The notes below the pieces were generated by a model that had not been told where the DNA came from, did not search any database, and worked only from the letters and a program-made list of their open reading frames with translations. Shown piece by piece: positions 1-12,619 of a stretch of 64,000 bases of DNA. Numbering within the stretch: position 1 is the first letter of the stretch; every line of letters begins with the position of its first letter. Origin of the DNA: Eledone cirrhosa (taxonomy: Eukaryota); NCBI GenBank assembly GCA_964016885.1, contig OZ024756.1:13702001-13766000 (forward strand), given 5' to 3'. A program made the position numbers and the translations under genes.

Positions 1-119
1 GCAGATCAATCTGAACTTCAAAATCCAAACAGGTTTCGCAAACGATAGTATAAAAAGTGAAATAATCAATTTTCTGTGCTTTTCAACAGGTACCCAGAAA
101 AATTAGGTTACTTCACCTC

Positions 120-187
<68 letters not shown>

Positions 188-345
188 CAAATAAATTATC
201 GAGAATCGGAACTTCGGCCCACGAAATAACGAAACACAATCTTCGAAATGTATGGCAAAGTGCTCAATAGTTCGGATAAACCAGAGCCATAACTAACGTT
301 TAATACCAACACACTGAGACGATGCTTAAACAATCATTCGCACAG

Positions 346-402
<57 letters not shown>

Positions 403-581
403 GTGTGTGTGTGTAAGATTTAATATAGAAATGGTTTCTACAGGACTAGAAATGTTTCATTCAAAGGAAGAAATCATCAGGAAAGCCTAGTACTGTAGAA
501 GCCATTTCTTTATTAAATCTTGTATATACTTTGCTATGTGTTGAGTACCTTACTTACTGTGGTGACCCCCGATTGATCCCG

Positions 582-716
<135 letters not shown>

Positions 717-1307
717 TGAGTGTGTGTGAAAAGACAATGTTGTCTGTGATCGAGAGGAAGCGAGAATGTATTTGAATATATATATAGAAATGAGAAAACT
801 CATCACTAGGATAGCAATGGGCAAAAATGTCAGAGGGGACCAGTGGTCAACAGAGAGACAATCCACAAGGTGGGTGACAGGTAGATGAAATGTAGAAAAG
901 ATTGAAAGAGGAGGTGGACAAGAAGTGTGTTGGTGCACAGAAGTGACCGGAAGAGGAAATAAAGAGAGGCGATGTAGAAGACAAGTTTACACACATCTTC
1001 ACCCTCACCAGCTCTCAAACCAGCAAAATGGTACTTTTAGTTAAATCGTGCGAAGATATGTGTGTGTCAACTTGCACATCACTTTTCTTTATTTCCTTCT
1101 CCCAGGTCACTTCTATGCACCAACACACTTCTCCTTGTGTCACAATTATGAGGCCCCGTGTTTGATTCCCCAGTGTGACACCTTAAACTGACTTAGTGTC
1201 TTCTACTGTAATTTCTATTTATGAAACACTTATTTCTTTCGTTGTAATCCAGCTTTGCTTATATTAATCTCTCTCTTTCTTTCTCTCTCTCTCTGTATCG
1301 CACTTTA

Positions 1308-1393
<86 letters not shown>

Positions 1394-1581
1394 CTCTCCC
1401 TCACTCTATCTCGTTTTATTTCACTCTCTCTCACACACTATCCCTTAAGGAAACGATGTGTAGTCGTCCAAAGTTCCAGGTTCCAGTTAAATTTTACAAC
1501 GATTTTATTTAAATTTAATTAAATCTGATTGTGGATAAGGAAAGTTGTCAGATACATAAACTATATATTCTGCTCTACATA

Positions 1582-1646
<65 letters not shown>

Positions 1647-1648
<2 letters not shown>

Positions 1649-1837
1649 CGGAAGAAATGTGGTAAGGAACCAGGTGGACCATAACGCACCAAAGTACTCA
1701 ATACTTAGGGTATTAGAGTGGGTAATAGGAACGAGTAGGACCCCGACGGCTGAGCTCAAGCCGTTTCGACGGCTAATTCTGAGTCCAGAATTAGCCGTCG
1801 AAACGGCTTGAGCTCAGCCGTCGGGGTCCTACTCGTT

Positions 1838-1842
<5 letters not shown>
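1647..1842. mobile_element. Hairpin-containing dispersed element, copy A
   Basis: Perfect 57-bp inverted arms (1725-1781 / 1786-1842) with a 4-nt loop, embedded in (TA)n; homologous to 9539-9725. Confidence 0.8.
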
Positions 1843-1884
<42 letters not shown>

Positions 1885-2363
1885 TTTAGTATAAGTTTGG
1901 TAGAAATATCCAAAGGTAAGAGCATACAGTCCATAGGATGAGTTAAGTATAATTAGTTACAACAGTGACATGTGCAGGTACGTAAGTTTTGTTGGGTCAT
2001 ACTTGGGTCATACATCCCAGCTCAAACAGAAGTGAGCTCCACCAAACTGAAACACCAAACTGAAGCCTGGACTTAAGTCGGAATGTCCGAGAGCCGGTTC
2101 AAAACACGGTACTTGAACCGTGAAACAACCTTCAGGCATCCTGACAAAAGCATGCTACCCAGCTCGCAAACCATAAAGGGTTTCTGTACCCTTTACCCTT
2201 ACATGTATTGCTTATATATTTAAGTCTTTCAATACTGAAACAACTGAAAACATAAAAATTTATCTGTTTTCTGTCCTTTTTTTTTTTCTTGTCATTTTCA
2301 TTCCATTTCATTCCATTCCATTGTTTTTTTTTGTTTTTTGTTTTTTTTTATGCTTTGCTTCAG

Positions 2364-2777
2364 ATTTATGATAGAACCTGTCTCTATAGAATGTGAAGGA
2401 ATGACGTCAAACCGACGAAACTCTCAAAAACTAGAAAAAGTCTTCGCTTCGCTGGATAAACCTTACGCTAAAATAGTTTCTCGGCCGCCATTACTTTCGG
2501 CAATCGAAGAACAGAATACTGTTACGAGCTTGACTCAGGTGCTACCACAACAACAACAACAACATCAACAACAGCAACCCCAACAACAACAACAACAACA
2601 TCAACAACAGCAACCCCAACAACAACAGCAGCAACAACTACTACTACAACAACATCATCTGCAAAAACAATTAAAGCAACAAAAACAACTACAACGACAA
2701 CAACAACTGCAATTACAAAGACAACAAGCAGTTCTTGCAGAACCAGAAATCTTTGATGAAGAATCTTTGTCAGCATT
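2364..2777 (+). CDS. Internal coding exon of an uncharacterised low-complexity (poly-Q) protein, gene A
   Basis: Pyrimidine tract and CAG acceptor (AG 2362-2363); open frame FMIEPVSIECEG...QQQ...EESLSA; GTGAGT donor at 2778; phase 2 at both ends, compatible with the next exon. Confidence 0.75.
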
Positions 2778-3642
2778 GTGAGTAAATTCTTTCTCCTTGT
2801 TGCTGTTGTTGTTGTTGTTGTTGCTGCTGCTGTTGTTGTTGTTGTCGGTGATGGTGGGCTGTGGTAGTTGTTATTGTCGTTACTAAAAATTGTTGACATA
2901 CAGCGAAAACATGATGAAATATATGGAGAATAGAAATGGCTGTGTAGTTGCTATTTAAGGTATCTTAAAATGCAGTGGGAATACGAAGAAAGCAAGAGGG
3001 GGGGGGGGTCCTCATCAGTTGTCTACTGGGGGTCTCGGATATTTCTACGCTTTAAAGACAAGATATCTCACCCCAGGGCGTCAATAACTGGATAAGTTAT
3101 TGGAAAAACGGAGGAGGGAGGGAAGGAAAGCAAACATATATATATATAATGAAATAAATAGAGATGATATAAAGTATATATCATTCGTTTATTGCTATTA
3201 TATGCTTTGTTGGTGAATATTCAACAGAGTTATGTTCATTACAGATATGAAGCACTCTACAGATAAATGTTATCTGGAGTATTATAATATTATTAATAGT
3301 AATAAATGGAAAATATCACTATAGCATCATATTTATTTTATTATACGTATTTCAAGGATACCAAATTATGGTATGCTTTCATCAGATAAAATACAATGTT
3401 TGATGTATAGGATAATGACATATCAAAAGCATAAACTTACAACAGTTGGGCATGCCCACTGTAAGCTGAAGTTGAAAGTTTATACTTTTGATATGATATC
3501 AAAGATTGTATTTTATCTGATGAAAGCATACCATAATTTGGTATCCTTGAAATACGTAAAATAAAATAAATATGATGCTATAGTGATATTTTCCATTTAT
3601 TTCTATTAATAATAATAATAATAATAATAATATAATATGTAA

Positions 3643-3760
3643 AGGCGTGTGGCTGAGTGGTTAGAGAATTGGATTCCCAATCTTGAGGTTGTGAGTTCGA
3701 TTGCTGGACCAGGCGATGTGTTATGTCCTTGAGCAAGACACTTTATTTCACGTTGCTCCT
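3643..3760 (+). mobile_element. tRNA-derived SINE, family 2 (3'-truncated)
   Basis: A box TGGCTGAGTGG, B box GAGTTCGATT, then CCTTGAGCAAGACACTTTATTTCACGTTGCTCC shared with 21721-22025. Confidence 0.7.
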
Positions 3761-3939
3761 TCTACCTGGAGTTGCGACCGATAGATAGTATTAGCAACTG
3801 GAAAGACCAACGGAAACATTGTTTCCTTGGTCCGATTTGACGAAAGTCGATCGATCCTAAGATATATATATATATATTTAGCTTCTGTTTTCGCTATTGC
3901 TAATTGTCATGATTTTCTTTATTTTTTCAGTTCACTACC

Positions 3940-3988
<49 letters not shown>

Positions 3989-4199
3989 TTGTTCGTTTGT
4001 AGATGTTACGCGTATATAGACAACAGCAACATTCTGATACTATGCGCTGTGTTGTCTCAGCAAATGCTCCACACGGGTGACAATTCTTAATTGTAGATAT
4101 AACCCTTTCAGTATATCGGGTCACCATCTTTAGTTCCTATATCACGAATGTAGTGGCTTCTGGTTCCCTATTGAGACCTTTTGTTGACGTTGTTGTTTT

Positions 4200-4545
4200 A
4201 CGTCCCTTTACGGTCTGAGTTCAAATCCCGCCCAGGTTTGCTTTGCCTTTCATCCTTACGGGATCGATAAAATAAAGTACCAGAAACGTACTGGGGTCGA
4301 TTTAATCGACCCCCCATTACTGGCCTTGTGCCTATACTAGAAATCATTATTATCATTGGAGGTATCGGTAGAAGGTCGGACACCATGCTTTGCAGCATAG
4401 AGTTACGGCGCTTGCCATTCTGAGTTCAAATCCCGCCGAGGTTAACTTTGCCTTTCATCCTTACGGGGTCGATAAAATAAAGTACCAGTAATGCACTGGA
4501 ATAATTGCTGGCCTTGTGCCCAAAGTAGAAACAATTATTATTATT
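4200..4545 (+). mobile_element. Two tandem SINEs, family 1 (tRNA head + Deu/Nin-like core)
   Basis: GAGTTCAAATCCCGCC B box, TTTGCCTTTCATCCTTACGGGGTCGATAAAATAAAGTACCAG core, (TTA)n tails. Confidence 0.85.
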
Positions 4546-4584
4546 ATTATTATCTTATAATTTTCCTTAACATCCGTTTCACAG

Positions 4585-5700
4585 AAACAAAGCGCAGAGG
4601 CGCGGCGGAGCAGCAGAGCGCAAACCTCGGCCGAAGAGCAGTCAGCAATACGTGGCCTTACCCCCGATTCTGGTGCAGAGACCAGCCGTGAGGAAAAGCA
4701 GCCGGAGGATGACCGGTTGGTTGTCCGACTCCGACCTCAACGCCCAACGTCCGAGCGTCGACGAAACGACACGTCTTCGTCAGCAACAGCGCCGCCTGGT
4801 GCGGCGTCGCGCCCGCCGTTGCCACCACTACAGTGTGGACAGTCCGTCGGATAGTGACGGTGAGGTTGAAGAGTATGGGGAGAACGTGGCCAAAGGTCCC
4901 GACAAGGACCGCGTCAAGCAGTATTACAATGACCGCAACAGAGGTAGCGTTGCCGATGACGGCGACGATGACGACGATGACGATGACGATGATGTCGATG
5001 ACGTCGATGAAAACGATGGTGCGACGAAACCGACCATGAAACGAGATCGCTCTACTGCTGCTACTACTACTACTACTACTAATACTACTAATACTAATAC
5101 TACTAATACTGCTACTGCTGCTGCCACTACTACAGTTACGACAGCCGCTACTTCTGCTACTAATACGACAACTACTGTTGCTGCTACTGTTGCTGCTGTT
5201 GCGGCAGCAGCAGGGGAGGCCTGTTCGTGTTCATGTTCGTGTCAGGCCCAACAGAAATCTGTAGATAAAAACATACCCGAAAGAACACCTAAGCCCTCAA
5301 TGATGCGAGTTCAAACGCAATCCAAGACGAAACCGTCACCCCCACCACCACCTCTGCCACTGACACCGACACTTGTAAAACAACTTGACCCCAAGATCTC
5401 AACCGAGAAAGTACGACCCAGTAGCGAACCTATCTCACCCCGACGTCTTAAGCAATACCAACCGACTGTGCACTTTCAACCCGAGGTAGTACGAAAGGAC
5501 AAGCGTACCCAAGCCCAAGCTGAAGCAGCCAGTCGACTTCTCTCCGCCCCCACTCCGGCCAGCAAAGCTCCAAGTGGAGCGCTCACGTTGACTCTGCCCC
5601 GCCATTCGGTGTCAACGAGCTCTGTCCCACGGGCAACCCAACAGTCACTGGTGCATTCACAGCCACCTCCAACATCGATCCCTGTCGTTGTTAGTAAGAC
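4585..5700 (+). CDS. Internal coding exon of gene A (acidic, Thr/Ala- and Pro/Ser-rich disordered region)
   Basis: tttcacAG acceptor at 4583-4584; a phase-2 join puts it in the frame of the 4652..5704 ORF; GTAAGT donor at 5701, again phase 2; GC-richer than flanks. Confidence 0.8.
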
Positions 5701-5749
5701 GTAAGTACTTAAGCTCATTCAGTTTTAGCTTCGTGAATCGCTTCACCAC

Positions 5750-7830
5750 ATTTTATCGCTCTGACATCGCTATGACATTGCTGCATCATTGTCGTATCTT
5801 TGCTCTGACATCGCTATGACATTACTGCATCATTGCTGTATCTTTGCTCTAACATCGCTATGACATTGCTGTATCTTTGCTCTGACATCGCTATGACATT
5901 GCTGCATCATTGATGTGTCTTTGCTCTGACATCGCTATGACATTGCTGTATCTTTGCTCTGACATCGCTATGACATTGCTGCATCATTGTCGTATCTTTG
6001 CTCTGACATCGCTATGACATTACTGCATCATTGCTGTATCTTTGCTCTAACATCGCTATGACATTGCTGTATCTTTGCTCTGACATCGCTATGACATAGC
6101 TGCATCATTGATGTGTCTTTGCTCTGACATCGCTATGACATTGCTGTATCTTTGCTCTGACATCGCTATGACATTGCTGCATCATTGTCGTATCTTTGCT
6201 CTGACATCGCTATGACATTACTGCATCATTGCTGTATCTTTGCTCTAACATCGCTATGACATTGCTGTATCTTTGCTCTGACATCGCTATGACATTGCTG
6301 CATCATTGTCGTATCTTTGCTCTGACATCGCTATAACATAGCTGCATCATTGATGTGTCTTTGCTCTGACATCGCTATGACATTGCTGCATCATTGCTGT
6401 ATCTTTGCTCTGACATCGCTATGACATTGCTACATCATTGCTGTATCTTTGCTCTGACATCGCTATGACATTGCTGTATCATTGATGTGTCTTTGCTCTG
6501 ACATCACTATGACATTGCTGCATCATTGTTGTATCTTTGCTCTGACATCGCTATGACATTGATGTGTCTTTGCTCTGACATCGCTATGACATTGCTACAT
6601 CATTGCTGTATCTTTGCTCTGACATCGCTATGACATTGCTGTATCATTGATGTGTCTTTGCTCTGACATCGCTATGACATTGCTACATCATTGCTGTATC
6701 TTTGCTCTGACATCGCTATGACATTGCTGTATCATTGATGTGTCTTTGCTCTGACATCACTATGACATTGCTGCATCATTGTTGTATCTTTGCTCTGACA
6801 TCGCTATGACATTGATGTGTCTTTGCTCTGACATCGCTATGACATTGCTACATCATTGCTGTATCTTTGCTCTGACATCGCTATGACATTGCTGCATCAT
6901 TGCTGTATCTTTGCTCTGACATCGCTATGACATTGCTGTATCATTGATGTGTCTTTTCTCTGACATCGCTATGACATTGCTGCATCATTGCTGTATCTTT
7001 GCTCTGACATCGCTATGACATTGCTGTATCATTGATGTGTCTTTTCTCTGACATCGCTATGACATCGCTACATCATTCCTGTGTCTTTTCTCTGACATTG
7101 CTGCATCATTGCTGTATTTTTGCTCTAACATCGCTATGAGCTGGCTGCATCATTGCTGTGTCTTTTCTCTGACATTGCTACATCATTGCTGTGTCTTTGC
7201 TCTGACATCGCTATGACATGGCTGCATCATTGCTGTATCTTTGCTCTGACATCACTATGACATTTCTGCATCATTGCTGTATCTTTGCTCTGACATCGCT
7301 ATGACATTGCTGCATCATTGCTGTATCTTTGCTCTGACATCGCTATGACATTGCTGCATCATTGCTGTATCTTTGCTCTGACATCGCTATGATAGTGATG
7401 CATCATTGCTGTATCTTTGCTCTGACATCGCTATGACATTGCTGCATCATTGCTGTATCTTTTCTCTGACATCGCTATGACATTGCTGCATCATTGCTGT
7501 ATCTTTGCTCTGACATCGCTATGATAGTGATGCATCATTGCTGTATCTTTGCTCTGACATAGCTATGACATGGCTACATCATTGCTCTGAAGTCGCAATG
7601 ACATCGTTATGACAAGGCTTTGCTCTCGCTATGGCATCGCTATGACATCGCTCTAACATCGTTATGACATCACTATGACATTGTTATGTCATAGCTCTGG
7701 CGTCGCGACGACATCACTTTCGTAGTAACTAGACATCACTCTCGTATCGTTGTGATATAAGTATATCATTGCTCTAGCGTCGCTATGACATCATTATGAC
7801 ATCGTCATGACATCGCTATGATATTGCTCT
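5750..7830. repeat. Intronic minisatellite, 44-bp unit made of four related 11-mers (33-bp variants)
   Basis: TGACATCGCTA TGACATTGCTG CATCATTGCTG TATCTTTGCTC repeated; degenerates after ~7560. Confidence 0.92.
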
Positions 7831-8706
7831 GGTGTCGGTATAACTGGGATATCACTCAGCCATTATTCTGCTCCGTTTAATTGGTCCAACTCTTTCATTC
7901 CACTTTTTCCTCTATATTCTCCTGTATTATTTCACAAATATGCACAAACTCTGAGTATATATTTTTCATTGCTAAATCAATAGGAAAAACAGTACTCATG
8001 GTCGTTTTCAGGAGAATGTATCTCTAGTGAAAGAGAGGAAATTATCTTCAAACTAGAGAGCCGACCCTAATTCTTACAACAAAATTGACAGAGTTAAAGG
8101 CACCCCAAAGTCAGATAGTGGTGCTGGTGCTGGCCACATCTGTATTATTCCATAAATAAAAACAGTACTCACTACACAAAGTAGAGTTACATTGAATATT
8201 CAAGTGTGGTTCTGAAAATGGAAAAGGAAGGGAAAGGCAAAGGCTCTTGTGACACAGAAGAATGGACAAGGGGAGGGTGATGGGCTCTGGACTTAGGGCA
8301 TAGTGGTATAGAGGCTGCGACCCACGGACAAGACCACAAAAGCTTTCCCGCGGACAATGGCCAGCGACACAGGCATTGCATTTAATTATTTCGCCAATCT
8401 ATCCCACTAAACGTCAACTTTATCTATTGACCCCGATCGAAGGCAATTTTATTACCCAATAATAATTGGCAGCAGGTTCTTCACACAATTTCATTCAAAT
8501 ATTCTTTCTTTTTGTGTTTTTTCTTCCTTTTTGTTTCTTTATATTATTCTCATTTTCCTCCTGTACTTTTCTTTTCTCTCCCACCATATTTAGCCGCTGT
8601 CCAACTAATGTGAAAACATCTCAAGAGGCTCCAAACAAACGACATCAAGCCCAGAACTAACCAGAAAGTCTTTTCTATTAAACGGCACAATGTCCTTCTC
8701 TCTCTC

Positions 8707-8803
<97 letters not shown>

Positions 8804-8924
8804 ATGTATATATTTATTATAAGATCAGATTAAAGTTTAAGCAAATAATTGCTGCCTTCACCCTTAACGGGATCTTTGTTTAAACTTTAATCTGTTCTTA
8901 TAATAAATATTTGCTCTACGGGTT

Positions 8925-8994
<70 letters not shown>

Positions 8995-9404
8995 CGAGGG
9001 TAATCCCCAAAGTAAGGTCTCCAAAGCGATGGGGGCGCAGAGAAACTGTTCGTACGGCTGTTAGCAACAATGTTGTGATTGGTGCTTCCTTCACTCCCAA
9101 ACAAGCATGCGCGCGCTTCGCTGGGATGCTCAATCTTGGCTTGGCAGCCGTTGAGAATAGAGCTCCCGTTGAACGCTACCGCAGCCAAGTGCGAATTTCG
9201 CGCAGTTATTATATAGAGGGCAACCCCAAAAGTAAGATCTCCTTCCGAGGAAAACATGCGTAAAGATCGGCGGATCACTCTGGAGGCTCCCTGCATTTTG
9301 GTTCCTGAGGTTTCCCGAAGCACCATCCACTGGATTTTAACGGAAAAGTTGCAATATCGGAAGTTGCAATATCGGAAGGAGACCTTACTTTTGGGATTGC
9401 CCTC

Positions 9405-9405
<1 letters not shown>
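8995..9405 (+). mobile_element. Internally deleted mariner element
   Basis: TA-flanked TIRs CGAGGGTAATCCCCAAAGTAAGGTCTCC / GGAGACCTTACTTTTGGGATTGCCCTCG; transposase HTH remnant DRRIT...VSRSTIHWILTEKLQYRKL. Confidence 0.88.
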
Positions 9406-9443
<38 letters not shown>

Positions 9444-9491
9444 CCTTATTGAGCCGTCTTTAGATTTTAGTCTTCACATTTATTATTACTA

Positions 9492-9537
<46 letters not shown>

Positions 9538-9538
9538 C

Positions 9539-9724
9539 ATGTTTAACCCCGACGGCAGAGCTCAAGCCGTTTCGACGGCTATTTCTGGACTAGAAATAGC
9601 CGTCAAAACGGCTTGAGCTCTGCCGTCGGGGTTAAACATTTTCCTATTACCCACTCTACTACCCTAAGTATTGAGTACTCTAGTGCGTTATGGTCCATCT
9701 GGTTCCTTATCACACTTCCTTCGT

Positions 9725-9725
<1 letters not shown>
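9539..9725. mobile_element. Hairpin-containing dispersed element, copy B (opposite orientation)
   Basis: 48-bp arms (9539-9586 / 9592-9639, one mismatch) plus the same unique tail as copy A, reverse-complemented; flanked by (TA)n. Confidence 0.8.
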
Positions 9726-9802
<77 letters not shown>

Positions 9803-11213
9803 TATATAGAGCAACGTTTATGTACCAACGCAGCAATGTATCTATCATGTCTGAACCAACTACCTTCTAGGTAGACTTATGTCATATCAACTCCACCTGC
9901 CCCTTCCCTTAGATCATACCTGTTCCACACACACACACACATTTCTCGTCACTCAAAATATTCATTCATCAAGACGCTAAAACTTATGATCCCCGCATAT
10001 ATGCACTCTCTCACCTCCAATCGCCAAATATACCGCTACTACAACGGTCTCTGCTCCTCTGAAGTTCCTGGCTAGAAATACTCCTCTCACTTCCCTTCTA
10101 CGTCTCCTCCAACCTCACATACCTTTCTTTCTAACGGGAGTCAAGGACATTGTCAACACCGCCACCACATGTTGTGCTTGTTGTGGAGGTTGCAGTGGTG
10201 GTGTTGTCGCTATCAAAGTAGCAACAGGGGTGGAAGAGTTGATATGATAATTGTTGGTGCTGTTGTCGTTGTTGTTGTCCTGTACTGTCAGTCGCTCAAC
10301 TCTTCGTGAAACCGGGATAGACTCCGATCCGACGCGCCTCAAATCCCTCAACTTTGCCTTTAATCCTTTTGGGCTCGATATATAAAGTAGGAAACAGTGG
10401 TTGAGGCAGTGAATTGGTGGAATCGAGAGTCGGGCGGGATTCTTTGACTTTTTGGTATCATATCTGACTCTGTGCGTTCTGAGTTCAAATCCCACCTCCT
10501 TCTGCTAGGTGTTGTGACCGGCAGATAGTATCAGCAATGGAAAAAAAAACAATGGAAAAATAGTCTCGTTGATCCTTGGTCCTTGAAACATAGTTTCCCT
10601 GGTCCTTATTTGTTGCTCCTTTCCTTTCCTATTCTGTCGGGGAGGGGGTGGGTAAATTCATTTTAGGATGATAATATTATTTATTCATTTAGATTTTAAT
10701 TTTTGGTACATCTAATAATTAAAGAATGGTAAATGGACTTTCTTTTGTAAAAAAAAAAAAATTATATATATATATATACATATATATAATGGAAAAAATA
10801 AAATAAAATAATTTCCTTTTTATTTTGTTTTGTATTTCTCTCTCTCACTCTCAGAATTTTTGTTGTTTTTTTTTAAAATAAAAGCCGGTTCAATGCAGTA
10901 GAAAAATATGAAGAGCAATTGATGACACATAAAACAAAAGAAAGTAATGTTTTACCCAATATATTTCAACATGATCTTTCAGAGCTATTAGCTGCTTTTC
11001 AAATGTGGAGCTTAAACAGTTCAAAACAAAACGTACGATTGGTGTGTTCTTCCTCAACTGGTCTACATGTCTGTAATACGCGTGCTTTAAGTCGTTATAG
11101 AGCCAGTCAACCTCGTGCATTTCCGTTCTATTATTTACCGGTAGGGGGATGATGATATTCGCCTCTTTTGTTGTTGTTTTTGCTGCTGCTGTTGTTGTTG
11201 TTGTTGTTAGCCA

Positions 11214-11960
11214 CTCTTTTCCAGAGGACTTTCAGTCCAAGGAGCCTGGCCTTGTAGTGCTACCGGGGGAGCTTTGCCGGTTCGAGATAAACTCTACAGG
11301 CATTGAAGTACCGTCGACCGGGCCTGACCGTGATGAAACCTTCCCACATATCCATCGAGTGTGCGAGAACACCTGCTGTCACTGTGGGATGGATCCGTCT
11401 ATCAGCTGAGTCAGTCGTGATGATCACCCCCGCCACTTTCCTTTAGAGGGTAAGTACAGGCAGTTCTATTCTTCCTGGTGTCCACGGTGAAAGAGGTCAC
11501 GTGGTAGACGCGCTTGGAAGGCTTGAAGACAAGCACTTTCCTCTTCGGCGAAGCTCTAATTAACTTTTTCACGTTTCACTTGAAGAAAAAAAAGGTCAGA
11601 GTGGAGAGGGAAGTGCTGTTTTCCAACCAGTTTGTTGAAAGGTGGGTGGGGGTGGTGAGCATGGTCCGAGTGAATGAGCCTGCTCTGAGTATGCACCTGT
11701 AAATTGGAGGAAGACAACTAGGGCACGTGATCTTGCAGTGAAGGTTACCATGGCTTTTTGCGGGCTTTCTCCGCCAGTGACTCTCGGAGGTCTCCCCACT
11801 TTTTGACGAGTTTCTTATGTTGGATTTTGTAAATGTTTATTTGTTTAGTCTTTGTTATAACCCTTATTTTGCACACAAAAGAACCCACACTATATCGTCC
11901 TGTACCGTCTCTATTGTCTGATTAATGTCAACCCTGTCTGGCTAATAAAGAAACCCTTAT
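11214..11960 (+). mobile_element. Degenerate 3' fragment of a Tx1/L1-like LINE
   Basis: Similar to 14100-14920 (LKKKVRVERE segment, ERWV), frameshifted, ends AATAAAGAAA before a TTA repeat. Confidence 0.65.
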
Positions 11961-11971
11961 TATTATTGCTC

Positions 11972-12392
11972 TTGGTTTGGCCGAATCGGTAGAACGTTGG
12001 GCAACAAGCTTAGCAGCATAGAGTTATGGTTTTTTTACGTTTTGAGTTCGAATCCCGCCGAAGTTAACTTGCCTTTCATCCTTACGGGGTCGATAAAATA
12101 AAGTACCAGTAATGCACTGGGATCGGTTTAATTGACTTACTCCTCCCCCAAAATTGCCGGCCTTGTGCCTATAGTAGAAATCATTATTATTATTTTGGTG
12201 CGGTGGATTGGCAGTATCGGTAGAGGGTCGGACGCCATGCTTTGACGCAAAGAGTTACGGCCCTTTCCATTCTGAGTTCAAATCCCACCGAGGTTAACTT
12301 TGCCTTTCATCCTTACGGGGTCGATAAAATAAAGTACCAGTAATACACTGGGTAATTGCTGGCCTTGTGCCAAAAGTAGAAACAATTATTAT
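11972..12392 (+). mobile_element. Two tandem family-1 SINEs
   Basis: Two head-core-tail units; the second starts in the TTA tail of the first. Confidence 0.85.
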
Positions 12393-12619
12393 TTTGGTGC
12401 TCGATTGCAACGGACGTGTTCACATCGGCTCCAGAATATTGGTTATTTTGAGTTATTTCAAAGTGGAATTTGTTGAATATTTTTTCATGAGCTGTATAAA
12501 GGGTCCCATTCATTGGCCTGTGTAAAGGCGACCCCATAATATTCGGGCCTTTTGGCCCAAATATTTGAACTCTGTTATTTAAAAAAAATGTTTGTATGTA
12601 AAAAAAAAAAGATATGGCT

